Shown piece after piece: positions 1 to 8,284 of a DNA stretch of 15,783 nt; position 1 is the stretch's first letter; each line of letters begins with the position of its first letter. Source of the stretch: an uncultured Candidatus Bathyarchaeia archaeon (lineage in GTDB: Archaea > Thermoproteota > Bathyarchaeia > Bathyarchaeales > Bathycorpusculaceae); contig CAYVGZ010000036.1 of the NCBI GenBank assembly GCA_964450845.1, positions 1 to 15,783 on the forward strand. Direction: 5' to 3'. Made by a program: the position numbers and the translations under genes. The notes beneath the pieces are model-generated. The model saw only the letters and a list, made by a program, of their open reading frames with translations. It ran no database searches and was not told the DNA's origin.

Positions 1-66
1 GTAAGCCGGAAGGCTTCGGCCGACCGGTTCAGCCTGCGGCCTCCAACCGCTCGAGGTGTCGGGCTT
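1..66 (+). rRNA. rrl: 3' end of 23S rRNA (partial; starts before the window, exact 3' end approximate)
   Basis: GTAAGCCGG-AAGG-C(TTCG)GCC-GACCGG-TTCAGCCTGCGGC-CTCCAACCGCTCGAGG matches the layout of the last helices of archaeal 23S rRNA (GTAAGC...GTTCAGC...AA...CGAGG). It includes a GGC-UUCG-GCC tetraloop hairpin at 13-22. Confidence 0.85.
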
Positions 67-180
67 AAAACGGTGTCTGGACGATATTAATGGTGAACTT
101 TTATGGTGTGCGTCTGAGGTGTCTGTGCATGGTGTTTGTGTATCTGAACTTTTGTTGGGGAGTTTTGCTCTTTGCGGTGC
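67..180 (+). other. rRNA operon 3' trailer (probable 3' strand of the 23S processing stem, followed by T-rich tracts)
   Basis: G/T-rich non-coding stretch directly after the 23S end, with repeated GGTGT and TGAACTTTT. No 5S sequence is recognisable. The pairing partner lies outside the window. Confidence 0.5.
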
Positions 181-188
181 TAGACCGC

Positions 189-196
189 TTTATATA
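189..196 (+). promoter_or_regulatory. TATA box-like element (TTTATATA)
   Basis: Exact archaeal box A consensus in non-coding DNA; no obvious protein gene at the expected distance. Confidence 0.4.
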
Positions 197-281
197 GGTT
201 CAACTGGGAGTTTCTGGCAAGTGGTCCATGCTTTTTGGAGGATAGATATTTTTGTGTTCGGCTGAGTTAGTTATCAGAAAT

Positions 282-309
282 GGAGGTTCAAACCATTTCC
301 CCCGCACCA
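282..309 (+). pseudogene. Degenerate tRNA 3' end (tRNA-Leu-like T-arm + acceptor 3' strand + ACCA)
   Basis: GGAGG-TTCAAAC-CATTT-CCCCCGC-ACCA has exact 5+7+5+7+4 tRNA spacing. CCCCCGCA-CCA is the usual archaeal tRNA-Leu end. The T-stem is decayed (2 G-U pairs, 1 mismatch) and no intact 5' half is present. Confidence 0.5.
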
Positions 310-360
310 TCTTAGAATTTCTGGAAGATGAAGAACAAATAGTTTTTGTTAACGTTTCAT

Positions 361-367
361 TTTATAA
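361..367 (+). promoter_or_regulatory. TATA box of the radical SAM gene (probably a leaderless mRNA)
   Basis: TTTATAA begins 25 nt before the GTG at 386; no Shine-Dalgarno sequence. Confidence 0.55.
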
Positions 368-385
368 TAGTAACAGTGAAAACCT

Positions 386-1255
386 GTGACGTTAATCTCA
401 AGATTCGATCCTTGGCATTCCAAGCTTTGCACTTGCCCCCTTAAACTGACTTTTAACCCCTACACTGGATGTGACCACGCGTGCGTTTACTGCTATGCCT
501 CAAGTTACATTCCAAAATTCTTCAACTGCAGACCAAAAAAAGATTTGATTCCAAGATTAAGAAGGGAAGCCGCGAAGCTTAAGGGCGAATTATTATCGAT
601 AGCCAATTCTTCAGACCCGTATCCAAACTTGGAAGCCAAGACGGGTTTAATGCGGAAATGCCTGGAAATTTTGTCGCAAAATGATTGTGAGATTCAGTTA
701 ATTACAAAGTCTAACCTTGTTGTTAGAGACATTGACCTTTTGAAAAAAATGCCTTCAATGGTTTCTTTAACCATAACAACAGACGATGATAGCATTGCAA
801 AACTAATTGAACCGCATGCTCCATTGTCATCAGAACGTTTGAAAGCTGTTGAAACGCTAATCAATAAAGGCGTTCCAACGTCTGTACGCATAGACCCCAT
901 AATTCCATTTGTCAACGACAATATGGAAAATCTGATTAAAACTCTCGCATCTATGAATGTTAAACACATTACAGTGTCAACCTACAAGGTTAAGCTAGAC
1001 AACTGGCAAAGATTCAACATAGCACTACCGAAAATTGCAAAGAAACTAAAACCAATTTACTTTGAAAAAGGCGAAAAAATTGGCGGATACTTTTACTTGC
1101 CTAAAACTTTACGGCTTAAACTAATGAAAACGGTGGGCGCGCTAGCTGAGAAACACAACGTGAAGTTTGGGACCTGTAGAGAAGGTTTAAGCCATTTGAA
1201 CACAGCCATCTGTGATGGTCCATGGCTACTAAAAAAAAGCGTTAATCAACAATAA
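386..1255 (+). CDS. Radical SAM protein, spore photoproduct lyase-like (SplB/COG1533-type) family
   Basis: 289 aa; FNPYTGCDHACVYCYA carries the CxxxCxxC motif; SSDPYP, LITKS and VRIDPIIP segments are typical of SPL-like radical SAM proteins; GTG start. Confidence 0.85.
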   Translation: MTLISRFDPWHSKLCTCPLKLTFNPYTGCDHACVYCYASSYIPKFFNCRPKKDLIPRLRREAAKLKGELLSIANSSDPYPNLEAKTGLMRKCLEILSQNDCEIQLITKSNLVVRDIDLLKKMPSMVSLTITTDDDSIAKLIEPHAPLSSERLKAVETLINKGVPTSVRIDPIIPFVNDNMENLIKTLASMNVKHITVSTYKVKLDNWQRFNIALPKIAKKLKPIYFEKGEKIGGYFYLPKTLRLKLMKTVGALAEKHNVKFGTCREGLSHLNTAICDGPWLLKKSVNQQ

Positions 1256-1260
1256 AACCA

Positions 1261-1346
1261 GTCAAGTATAGCTAGGAAGTTCGAACTTGACAATGGTAGC
1301 TCGGGATAGCTTCAAACTCTCGGTTCAAACTTTTCTCCATACCATC
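1261..1346. repeat. Palindromic and degenerate-repeat intergenic region between convergent genes
   Basis: GTCAAGT/ACTTGAC inverted repeat (1261-1267/1285-1291); perfect palindrome AAGTTCGAACTT (1277-1288); three TTC(G/A)AAC units; 1322-1346 resembles 285-311. Confidence 0.5.
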
Positions 1347-1380
1347 AATTTGTAAGTACGTCGCCGTTATCTACGTGTTT

Positions 1381-2157
1381 TTATGGAGTGTTTGTGGATG
1401 TTGCGTTGGCTTGTACATATACTCCTCTTGAATCGTAGACTTGGGCAGACACGTTCACATTTGTTTCTGGAATGTCTGCCTCGAAGGAGATCAGGTAGGT
1501 TCCATTACCATAATCTGTGAAGGCATAGTTGCTTTGTTGGTCTGCACGGTTCCAAAAGCCTGAACTCTCATACAACACTGTCACGGTTTCAGCAAGCGCG
1601 GGTTTTCCCTGATTCATCAAGCTGCAAGTCACGTTTACTTGGCGTAGATTGCCGCTTAACGTTCGATAAACACTCTCCACTACAATAGATGTGGTGACAT
1701 TAACAGAGTAGACTAGCTGAACATTAACTTGTCCATCCACGAGTGAAAAGTTGAATTCAGAATAGGCGCTTGAGATGCCAGAGCCTTCAGTGCCCCAGAA
1801 AAGATAGGTTCCGTTTATGTATGGCGATGTATTCTTGAGCGTGAAATTCAGAATAGGTGTTCCAAACAGGTAAAAACTGTCAATGAAAGATGCCCACCTT
1901 CCCAAGTTTTCAGAGAGAACCGAACTGTCTCCTCCCCTTGTGATGTTGGCTAACGAGCCACTGACTATATTGTTAGAGCCGAGCTTTACGGCAAGTACGA
2001 AATCGTTCACACGTGTGGACCGTGTTTCTTTCAGCGAATTCCTGACTTCGTAGATGTAAACTTGTGTCGACAAAAGAACGAGGCTCACGACTAAGACTGT
2101 TATGACGAGAATCTGACCCGAGCGTTGCCTTCGATTTCCTTTTCTCACAAGTTTCAC
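1381..2157 (-). CDS. Minor type IV pilin-like protein (class III signal peptide)
   Basis: 258 aa; basic leader MKLVRKGNRRQRSG|Q then a hydrophobic helix; beta-rich S/T/N-rich body with 10 N-x-S/T sequons; GTG start overlaps the upstream stop (GTGA). Confidence 0.8.
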   Translation of the reverse strand: MKLVRKGNRRQRSGQILVITVLVVSLVLLSTQVYIYEVRNSLKETRSTRVNDFVLAVKLGSNNIVSGSLANITRGGDSSVLSENLGRWASFIDSFYLFGTPILNFTLKNTSPYINGTYLFWGTEGSGISSAYSEFNFSLVDGQVNVQLVYSVNVTTSIVVESVYRTLSGNLRQVNVTCSLMNQGKPALAETVTVLYESSGFWNRADQQSNYAFTDYGNGTYLISFEADIPETNVNVSAQVYDSRGVYVQANATSTNTP

Positions 2158-2588
2158 CCTGCCGTGGTTAGTTGCAGACGTAGTAAGTATAAGTTGCCCT
2201 GGGGGCTTTGGCTAGCGCATGGATATTGGACAGAGACCATGTTTTGGTTTGGGATTATGCCGTTTGATATGGTGACGTTATTGAGGGGTTGTCGGTTTTC
2301 ATCATAGACTGTGAGGTTGTAAGACATGCCCACCGGCAACAAAATGTTTAACGCATCTGCTATAGCCGTCCAGTTTCTTTCGTCTATCAGCTTATCGAGT
2401 TCTCCGTTATTGTCCATGGAAATGAGTGCTTGTGTGCCCATGGTTGCTAAATCGTCGTTGTTTGTCGGTGTGGCTGCTGGAGTGACCAAGGTGGTGAGGG
2501 CAAAGGCTGAGAACAGCAGCAGTATTGCCAAGAATGCTTCAACTGTCCTCATCTGTCCCTTATCGTCAAACATCGAAGTTTTGCACAC
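2154..2588 (-). CDS. Minor type IV pilin-like protein (KG|QMRTVEA type)
   Basis: KG|QMRTVEAFLAILLLFSAFAL cleavage motif plus hydrophobic helix; 3 sequons. The true start may be the ATG at 2573 (MFDDKG), which overlaps the upstream stop. Confidence 0.8.
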   Translation of the reverse strand: MCKTSMFDDKGQMRTVEAFLAILLLFSAFALTTLVTPAATPTNNDDLATMGTQALISMDNNGELDKLIDERNWTAIADALNILLPVGMSYNLTVYDENRQPLNNVTISNGIIPNQNMVSVQYPCASQSPQGNLYLLRLQLTTAG

Positions 2589-3639
2589 TCCTGCTCGTTA
2601 TGACCGCCTCGTACAAAACAGAGTTTACACTCACAGCATAAGCCACTGCAACTGCCTTTGATTGAGAAGTCAAGTCGCTGAAATCTGCGCCGATTTCTAA
2701 GGGCAACTGGGGATAAGCTGTCCATTCTGCGAATGATTCAGAGGCGTTGTTACCATTAAGCACGAGCATCATTGGGCTTGCTTCCAAAAGATGGGGAATG
2801 CTGTATTCTACGGACTGGTTTCCAACAGTTGTTTGGGAGAGGCTGGAATTGCAGCTGTAAGTGAAGACGTAGGCGTTCGATACTTCCACGTTTGAGTTTC
2901 GAAAAGAAGCGTTCAAGACATAGTTAAGAGGGCTGAGTCTAAGAAAAGTTTGATTGGGTTCGGAAGCTTCGGAATTGTGACCGAAAGAATATGCGTTGAG
3001 GGATATCATTTGAGGATGTGCTTGCGATTTTGCGAATACTACGAGTAATGCTGTTCCACCCAACACGTTGGGTAAAGTAATGTTTATTATGCCCACTCCG
3101 GAGTTGGTTGAGGAAGAAACGCTGTCAACATAGGCTCCTACGACTATGTAGCCCTTCAGCCATGTCGCAAGAGGATAGCCAGATTTGTCGGTTGACACTC
3201 TGAAAGTGTAGATGGTTTCAGTTTCTCTCATTTGGCTACTGGTCAACTCTATGGCAACTTCAAAGAGGGGACGAATTCTTATGTTGAAAGATATATCTTC
3301 GGTTCCTAAAATGGCTAGAATTTCCCTGTAGGCAAGGGAATATAGGTTGTCGGTGTTCAAACGGCTGACTTTGTCTAAGTCTAACTCGTAGGGTCGTCGA
3401 GTTTCTGACGCTAACCCGAAGGTTGATGGAATTACATCGCCGTTTTTTCCCCAATCGGATGGATTACCACTGCTTAAGAGTAGGTATTCAGCTAAGCTTC
3501 TGTAATGTTCAACTCCATTCATGTTCGCCAAGTCTTCTATGTAAGGTTGCATGACCTTAGCCGTGCCCACCATCGCTGAGGCTATGAGGATGACCATGAG
3601 CGAGCATGCGAAAAAAGTATCTATCGACGACGTGGGCAT
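2566..3639 (-). CDS. Membrane-anchored pilus accessory protein (pilin-like N-terminal helix with no cleavable leader)
   Basis: 357 aa; begins MPTSSIDTFFACSLMVILIASAMVG; predicted extracellular beta-rich body with 6 sequons; SD AAGGAGTGA upstream; inside the pilus operon. Confidence 0.7.
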   Translation of the reverse strand: MPTSSIDTFFACSLMVILIASAMVGTAKVMQPYIEDLANMNGVEHYRSLAEYLLLSSGNPSDWGKNGDVIPSTFGLASETRRPYELDLDKVSRLNTDNLYSLAYREILAILGTEDISFNIRIRPLFEVAIELTSSQMRETETIYTFRVSTDKSGYPLATWLKGYIVVGAYVDSVSSSTNSGVGIINITLPNVLGGTALLVVFAKSQAHPQMISLNAYSFGHNSEASEPNQTFLRLSPLNYVLNASFRNSNVEVSNAYVFTYSCNSSLSQTTVGNQSVEYSIPHLLEASPMMLVLNGNNASESFAEWTAYPQLPLEIGADFSDLTSQSKAVAVAYAVSVNSVLYEAVITSRSVQNFDV

Positions 3640-3655
3640 GTTCTGGCTTCACTCC

Positions 3656-5170
3656 TTATCCAGGTGTAGCGCCCAGCATCCCTGCTAGATACCCCTGCGA
3701 TAGGAGGAGGGAAACGTAGCCTGTGACTGCCAGCATAGCTGAGTACTTGAAACCAGCTGCAAAGGTACCCTCGCTTATCTTGCCGATGAAGAACCCGGAC
3801 ATCCAACATTGAAAAATTATCCCAATGGAGAACATGGTGAGCTGCTGTTGCATGGAGTTGAGCATGGTAGGCGAAGCGCCTGGCACGGTGATTTGGGTTA
3901 GGACAAAGATGGTTATCGCCACAATTGACGTCGTGAGGGCGATGAGTACACTCCAGACGAAAGCTAATAGCACATAAGGCTTGAGTGTAGACCTTTTGTT
4001 CGCTTCGATATCCTTATTCTTCTCACTGTAATCAGATAATATCTCCAGCGCTTCAGAAGAACCGCCTCCAGACTCGATAGTTTCAATTAGAATTAGAAAG
4101 TAGACAAGAACAGGCCAGCTTCTAATGCGCCTCTTTATGTTCTCAAAAATCTTCCTCAAAGGAACCCCCCATTCGATTTGGCTGCGAACAAGTTTCAAAG
4201 TCTCGCTGAACGACCCATACGCTTTCCTCTCAGTGGCATGGATAATGCTCTTCACGGGTGAAAGCCCAATTTTCCTAGACTCGGTTACATCTCTGAGAAA
4301 ACTGGGCATGGCTTCTTCTGCAACAAAGTTTTCCTTCGCAATCTTTTGATAAGCAAAAGCTGGTGGCAGAGAAATCATCAAGAGGCTTAAAGTCACGAAT
4401 CCAGGCAAAGTCAAAGCTTCGATTATGAACCCAAGCTGAGGTAGGAACATTACGGCGGCAAAAACCGCTAATGATGCTATGCCCGAAATTAGAAGGTTCC
4501 TGTAAGCCTCTTTAACAGAGAGCAGGTTGCTTTGGCGTGCAAGGTTGGCTATTGCCATAAAGACAAATGTGATGAAGGGTGTTGCTAGGAAGATTAGGGC
4601 GTACATTAGGGGTTCTGTTGCTGAAGAGGACACGCCCAAAGACAAATATTCAAACGAGCTGGTCGTAGACGTCACAGCGTAGAGAATGTACACGCACAAG
4701 GTAACGATAAGCATGACAGCATAAGCTTCAACCAACGTTCCCAACCTTTCAATAGATCTGAAAGCTGCCGCACTCTGCAGATCCAAAATCGAACGAAGCC
4801 TGCTCCTTAGATAATTAACCACATTGATGCCGCTCTTAACTGAGGAAACGTATCCTGCGAGGAAGTCGCGGTAGGTTTTGGAGTTTGCCTCTTCTGCCTT
4901 TTTATACATCACCGTTAATGGGTCACGTCCCAAAACCTCCACTTGTCGCACGACTTCTTGAGATTCTTTCTTTGTATTAGGTAGTAGGCTAACTCGACTC
5001 ATTTTCTTCCAAGCGTCGTAGATTGCGATTCCGCTGGCAGCCATCAGCGTGAAAAGCATGACTGTGAAGGGAAGCTCCTTATCGATCTCTGAGGCTTTCT
5101 GCTTCCCAGAGAGCAAGCGTATCAAGGAACTAAGCATTTTCGACGGGTTGAGTCTGGACGCCAACGGCAT
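3656..5170 (-). CDS. Type IV pilus membrane platform protein, TadC/ArlJ(FlaJ)-like, with two T2SSF domains
   Basis: 504 aa; two repeats of a cytoplasmic domain (ELPFTVMLFTLMAASG; AMPSFLRDVTESRKIG) each followed by several hydrophobic helices; directly downstream of the ATPase. Confidence 0.9.
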   Translation of the reverse strand: MPLASRLNPSKMLSSLIRLLSGKQKASEIDKELPFTVMLFTLMAASGIAIYDAWKKMSRVSLLPNTKKESQEVVRQVEVLGRDPLTVMYKKAEEANSKTYRDFLAGYVSSVKSGINVVNYLRSRLRSILDLQSAAAFRSIERLGTLVEAYAVMLIVTLCVYILYAVTSTTSSFEYLSLGVSSSATEPLMYALIFLATPFITFVFMAIANLARQSNLLSVKEAYRNLLISGIASLAVFAAVMFLPQLGFIIEALTLPGFVTLSLLMISLPPAFAYQKIAKENFVAEEAMPSFLRDVTESRKIGLSPVKSIIHATERKAYGSFSETLKLVRSQIEWGVPLRKIFENIKRRIRSWPVLVYFLILIETIESGGGSSEALEILSDYSEKNKDIEANKRSTLKPYVLLAFVWSVLIALTTSIVAITIFVLTQITVPGASPTMLNSMQQQLTMFSIGIIFQCWMSGFFIGKISEGTFAAGFKYSAMLAVTGYVSLLLSQGYLAGMLGATPG

Positions 5171-5175
5171 TCACT

Positions 5176-6759
5176 CTACCTTGTCTTTTTGGCTTTAAGG
5201 TTGAAGTAATATTTACTCAAGGCGTCGTTCACACTGCGATAGTCTCGAATGTTGTGCTCCGCCATGTCCAACAGCATCTTCTTTCGCTGTTCCAAATCAT
5301 CCAAAACCTGCTCAACAGAAACGTCCAAGTCTTTCGCAATCTTAGTTATTAAGTAACTGTCGCCAAAGTTTTCTTGGAAAGCATCGGTAGAAGCACTCCA
5401 GGTAAACACGTCTTTAATCGAGTTTGCATCCTTAATCTCGGTCACTCGGATGAATTTTCTGCTGGAAAGTCTCTTCTCCCCACTCAAGAAGATGGGCGAT
5501 CTTACATGCTTAACGATGATGGCACAGTTCATCAGGGGGATTATAGACGAAGGAATGTTCATCGGAGGCTGCGTCATCCGTTTAATCGCCGTTTCCACGT
5601 CTTCTGCATGTATCGTGCATAAACCCCCGTGTCCCGTTGCCAAGGCTTGGAATAGGACGTAGGCTTCTTCTCCTCTAACCTCGCCCACGATGATCAAATC
5701 GGGACGATGTCTTACAGCGGACTTTATCAGGTCATAAAGGGAGATTTCACCCTCGCTCTCTGTTCCAAACCCTGAACGGGCGATGGTTGCAGTCCAGTTT
5801 TCGTGGGGGAGGTTGATTTCAGCCACTTCTTCTACTGATATTATTTTGTGGTTGGGTCTGATAAGGCATGCGATGGCGTTTAGGGCGGTGGTTTTTCCTG
5901 CGCCTGTGGCTCCCATGATCATGACTGACATCTTATTCTCCATCAGAAGCCAGAGATATGCGGCTATATTTTCGTCTATAGTTTCGTTCTGGATTAAGTC
6001 TACTATAGTGAAGGGGTCTTCGCGGAACTTTCGTATGGTGAAGCTGGTTCCTGATGGAGTGGTTTCTTTTCCGTAGGACACTGCCAAACGGTGCTGTCCT
6101 GGCAAGGTGACATCTACTATGGGAAACGCTATGCTGACGTGTTTTCCTGCCTTGTGCACCATTTTCATGACGAAATCATCTAGCTCTTGTTCATCTTTGA
6201 ACAAGGCGTTGGTTCGGATGTTTTCGTAGCGTCTGTGCCAGAGGAATACGGGTTTGTTGACTCCGCTGCAGCTTATATCCTCCACGTAAGGATCATACAT
6301 CAACGAGTCGATTTTTCCGTAGCCCACTATGTCCCGTTCTAAGTAGTGGAGGATTTTTTTGAGGCTTATGGGAGAAACGTCCTTGAAGACTTTAGGGTGA
6401 GAATCAATGATGTTGGGCATTTGAGCCTTGAAGGACTCGCTGATCGTTTCCTCTCCTTCTGGAGCCTTCAACTCGTACTCTAGTATGTTCTTCATTCTAT
6501 GGAAGAGGTCGTTTTCTTCCTTCGTTAGGAGAAGTTCGTCGACTATGTAGAGGAATGTTCCTGTATCTTCATGTTGGACTATGGATGCGTAGGAGAACGG
6601 CGCCTTGAGCGGATAGGTTTCAACTTCAACATAACCTTCAGGGACTGTCCATTTCTTGAGGTTCAAGTATCCTGCTAGGGTTTCTTCGGACACGCCGAAC
6701 TCTTGTTCTCTTTGTTGTAAAGTTTCATTTTTTCTTTTCTTGTTCAAATTTAATTTCAT
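5176..6759 (-). CDS. Type II/IV secretion ATPase, TadA/VirB11/ArlI(FlaI)-like
   Basis: 527 aa; Walker A GATGAGKT, Asp box SVEEVAEI, Walker B LIIVGEVRG, His box TGHGGLCTIHA, FTIRKF motif; ATGA overlap with the upstream gene. Confidence 0.95.
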   Translation of the reverse strand: MKLNLNKKRKNETLQQREQEFGVSEETLAGYLNLKKWTVPEGYVEVETYPLKAPFSYASIVQHEDTGTFLYIVDELLLTKEENDLFHRMKNILEYELKAPEGEETISESFKAQMPNIIDSHPKVFKDVSPISLKKILHYLERDIVGYGKIDSLMYDPYVEDISCSGVNKPVFLWHRRYENIRTNALFKDEQELDDFVMKMVHKAGKHVSIAFPIVDVTLPGQHRLAVSYGKETTPSGTSFTIRKFREDPFTIVDLIQNETIDENIAAYLWLLMENKMSVMIMGATGAGKTTALNAIACLIRPNHKIISVEEVAEINLPHENWTATIARSGFGTESEGEISLYDLIKSAVRHRPDLIIVGEVRGEEAYVLFQALATGHGGLCTIHAEDVETAIKRMTQPPMNIPSSIIPLMNCAIIVKHVRSPIFLSGEKRLSSRKFIRVTEIKDANSIKDVFTWSASTDAFQENFGDSYLITKIAKDLDVSVEQVLDDLEQRKKMLLDMAEHNIRDYRSVNDALSKYYFNLKAKKTR

Positions 6760-7214
6760 CGGTTATCCCTCCAACTGCTCAGGCTGAGGGTGATGGTTGC
6801 GCCGTCTAAATAGGATTCTAAGAGAACTGGTCCGTAGCCGCTGGAATAATTGCCCATGGCAACGATTGTTTTGGGTAGGTACACTCGGTTGGTTACGTTG
6901 CCCGCGTGGATAGTTCCTAAGGCACCTTCCACCCATGCCTTTGAGCCTTCGTTTCGAAGTCTTATCCAGTATTGTTTGTTTCCGATGGCTGTGGGAAGTT
7001 GCAGAGTGGCTTCTAGGGTGGAGTTGGTTGCCGCTGTTAGGGCGGTGAGTTCGTAGCCTTTCGATGCTACGTGGTTTAGTAGATTCTTGAGTTGTTCTAT
7101 TTCAGGTATTGTTCGTAGGGTGGTGGTGTAGGCAGCGTAGGAAGAGATGAGGATGCTGGATACGGTGACTAGAGCGAAGAAGGCGTAGATGTAGCTGGGC
7201 GCGAGAGTTGGCAC
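6756..7214 (-). CDS. Small pilin-like protein with no basic leader
   Basis: 152 aa; MPTLAPSYIYAFFALVTVSSILISSY hydrophobic N-terminus; 3 sequons; GTG start with SD GGAGG at the end of the upstream gene. Confidence 0.7.
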   Translation of the reverse strand: MPTLAPSYIYAFFALVTVSSILISSYAAYTTTLRTIPEIEQLKNLLNHVASKGYELTALTAATNSTLEATLQLPTAIGNKQYWIRLRNEGSKAWVEGALGTIHAGNVTNRVYLPKTIVAMGNYSSGYGPVLLESYLDGATITLSLSSWRDNR

Positions 7215-7217
7215 TTC

Positions 7218-8060
7218 TCAGCCTCCTCCTTGGATTCTTTCCAGTTTAATGTTGCATACGAGGGTTTCGATTTTAACAAAAGCTCCGTTTGAGTTGCTTG
7301 CTACTGGAAGCACGATGGCATCGGTTCTTTCGTCTAGGGTTGCTTTTACTGTGAGGTTGGTTATGGGAGAGGTGAAGTTGTAGGTTTGTAGAGTTGAAGT
7401 TACGTTTAGGCATGTGGCTTTGATGTTGAATTCGCCCGAAGTGTTCAGGCTAGAAGACGTGTTTAAGTTGATTATGTAGATTCTGAGGGTGTTGACCGGT
7501 TTTCCTTGACTTGAGCCAGTCTCACTCATGGTTACTAAAGGACGATAGGTGAGTGTCAACTCAGGTGTAGATGCTCCTGAGGCTAGGTAGAGTTGTGCCA
7601 TCGTGAAGACGTTTTGGTTGATTATCGATTGTTTGTCACCCCTGAGGTATAGAGTGTAGACGAATTCTTCAGCCGCGGGTAGCTCGTAAACTGCTTTTCC
7701 AACGCTGCTGTTGAAGACTAGGGCGAAAAAAGTCATGTTGTCTGTGACATTTATGAGAAGGCTTTTCGCTGTTGGAAAAGTTTTGAAGACTCCCCCTGAG
7801 TCTTCGAAATGATACACGCTGGTGGTGCCTGGAGACCATGTTATCGAGTCTATGGAGTCTTCGAAGGAGAGCATGCTTTGTTTGGCTACTGAAATGTTGA
7901 GGAGTTGCCCTCTTGCTTGGATTTTCGTTACGGAGACGTAGTACGTGGCTGAGACGATTAAGGTGAGAGAGACAAAAAGCATGAGGAAGGAGACGGGCAG
8001 AGCAGTCGCTCGCTTCGATAGAAAGAATCGTAAAGCTGCTTTAACCTTTTTACTCTGCAT
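7218..8060 (-). CDS. Minor type IV pilin-like protein (class III signal peptide)
   Basis: 280 aa; basic leader ending ...SKRA| then a hydrophobic helix; 9 sequons; SD GAGG upstream; first gene of the accessory operon. Confidence 0.75.
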   Translation of the reverse strand: MQSKKVKAALRFFLSKRATALPVSFLMLFVSLTLIVSATYYVSVTKIQARGQLLNISVAKQSMLSFEDSIDSITWSPGTTSVYHFEDSGGVFKTFPTAKSLLINVTDNMTFFALVFNSSVGKAVYELPAAEEFVYTLYLRGDKQSIINQNVFTMAQLYLASGASTPELTLTYRPLVTMSETGSSQGKPVNTLRIYIINLNTSSSLNTSGEFNIKATCLNVTSTLQTYNFTSPITNLTVKATLDERTDAIVLPVASNSNGAFVKIETLVCNIKLERIQGGG

Positions 8061-8131
8061 TCATCTATTCCTCAATAGCAACCGTAAGCGACCAAGCTAA
8101 CCATTGCTTCATGGATAAATCCATAAGACGA

Positions 8132-8155
8132 TTTGTGTGTGAAACAATACTACAC
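8132..8155 (-). promoter_or_regulatory. Conserved upstream element, site A (GTGTAGTA-N7-ACACACAAA; GTGT-N11-ACAC core)
   Basis: 17/17 flanking positions identical to site B; 72 nt upstream of the 8060 start. Confidence 0.65.
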
Positions 8156-8251
8156 ATCAGAATACAGCATACGTATTCTGACACACCATTCCTTTGCGCA
8201 AAGTGTGGCATAGACGGAATACGAAACAAACCATGCAAAAAAGAAGCCTAA

Positions 8252-8284
8252 AACTCATAAAAAAAGAGAAAAAAGAAAGGGAGG
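8252..8284 (-). terminator. Oligo-T terminator of pilin 1
   Basis: Minus strand reads CCTCCCTTTCTTTTTTCTCTTTTTTTTAT just after the stop codon. Confidence 0.7.

Noticed and set aside
23-40. Resemblance of GACCGGTTCAGCCTGCGG to the 16S 5' end (TCCGGTTGATCCTGCCGG)
   Set aside because: There are several mismatches in a nearly invariant motif, the downstream sequence is not 16S, and the context fits the 23S 3' end.
56-265. 69-aa plus-strand ORF
   Set aside because: It overlaps the 23S end and the rRNA trailer, and has no protein-like composition or translation signals.
204-309. Intact intron-containing tRNA starting at 204
   Set aside because: The acceptor stem has two mismatches, the T-stem is broken, no anticodon arm or bulge-helix-bulge is evident, and it starts only about 8 nt from the TATA box.
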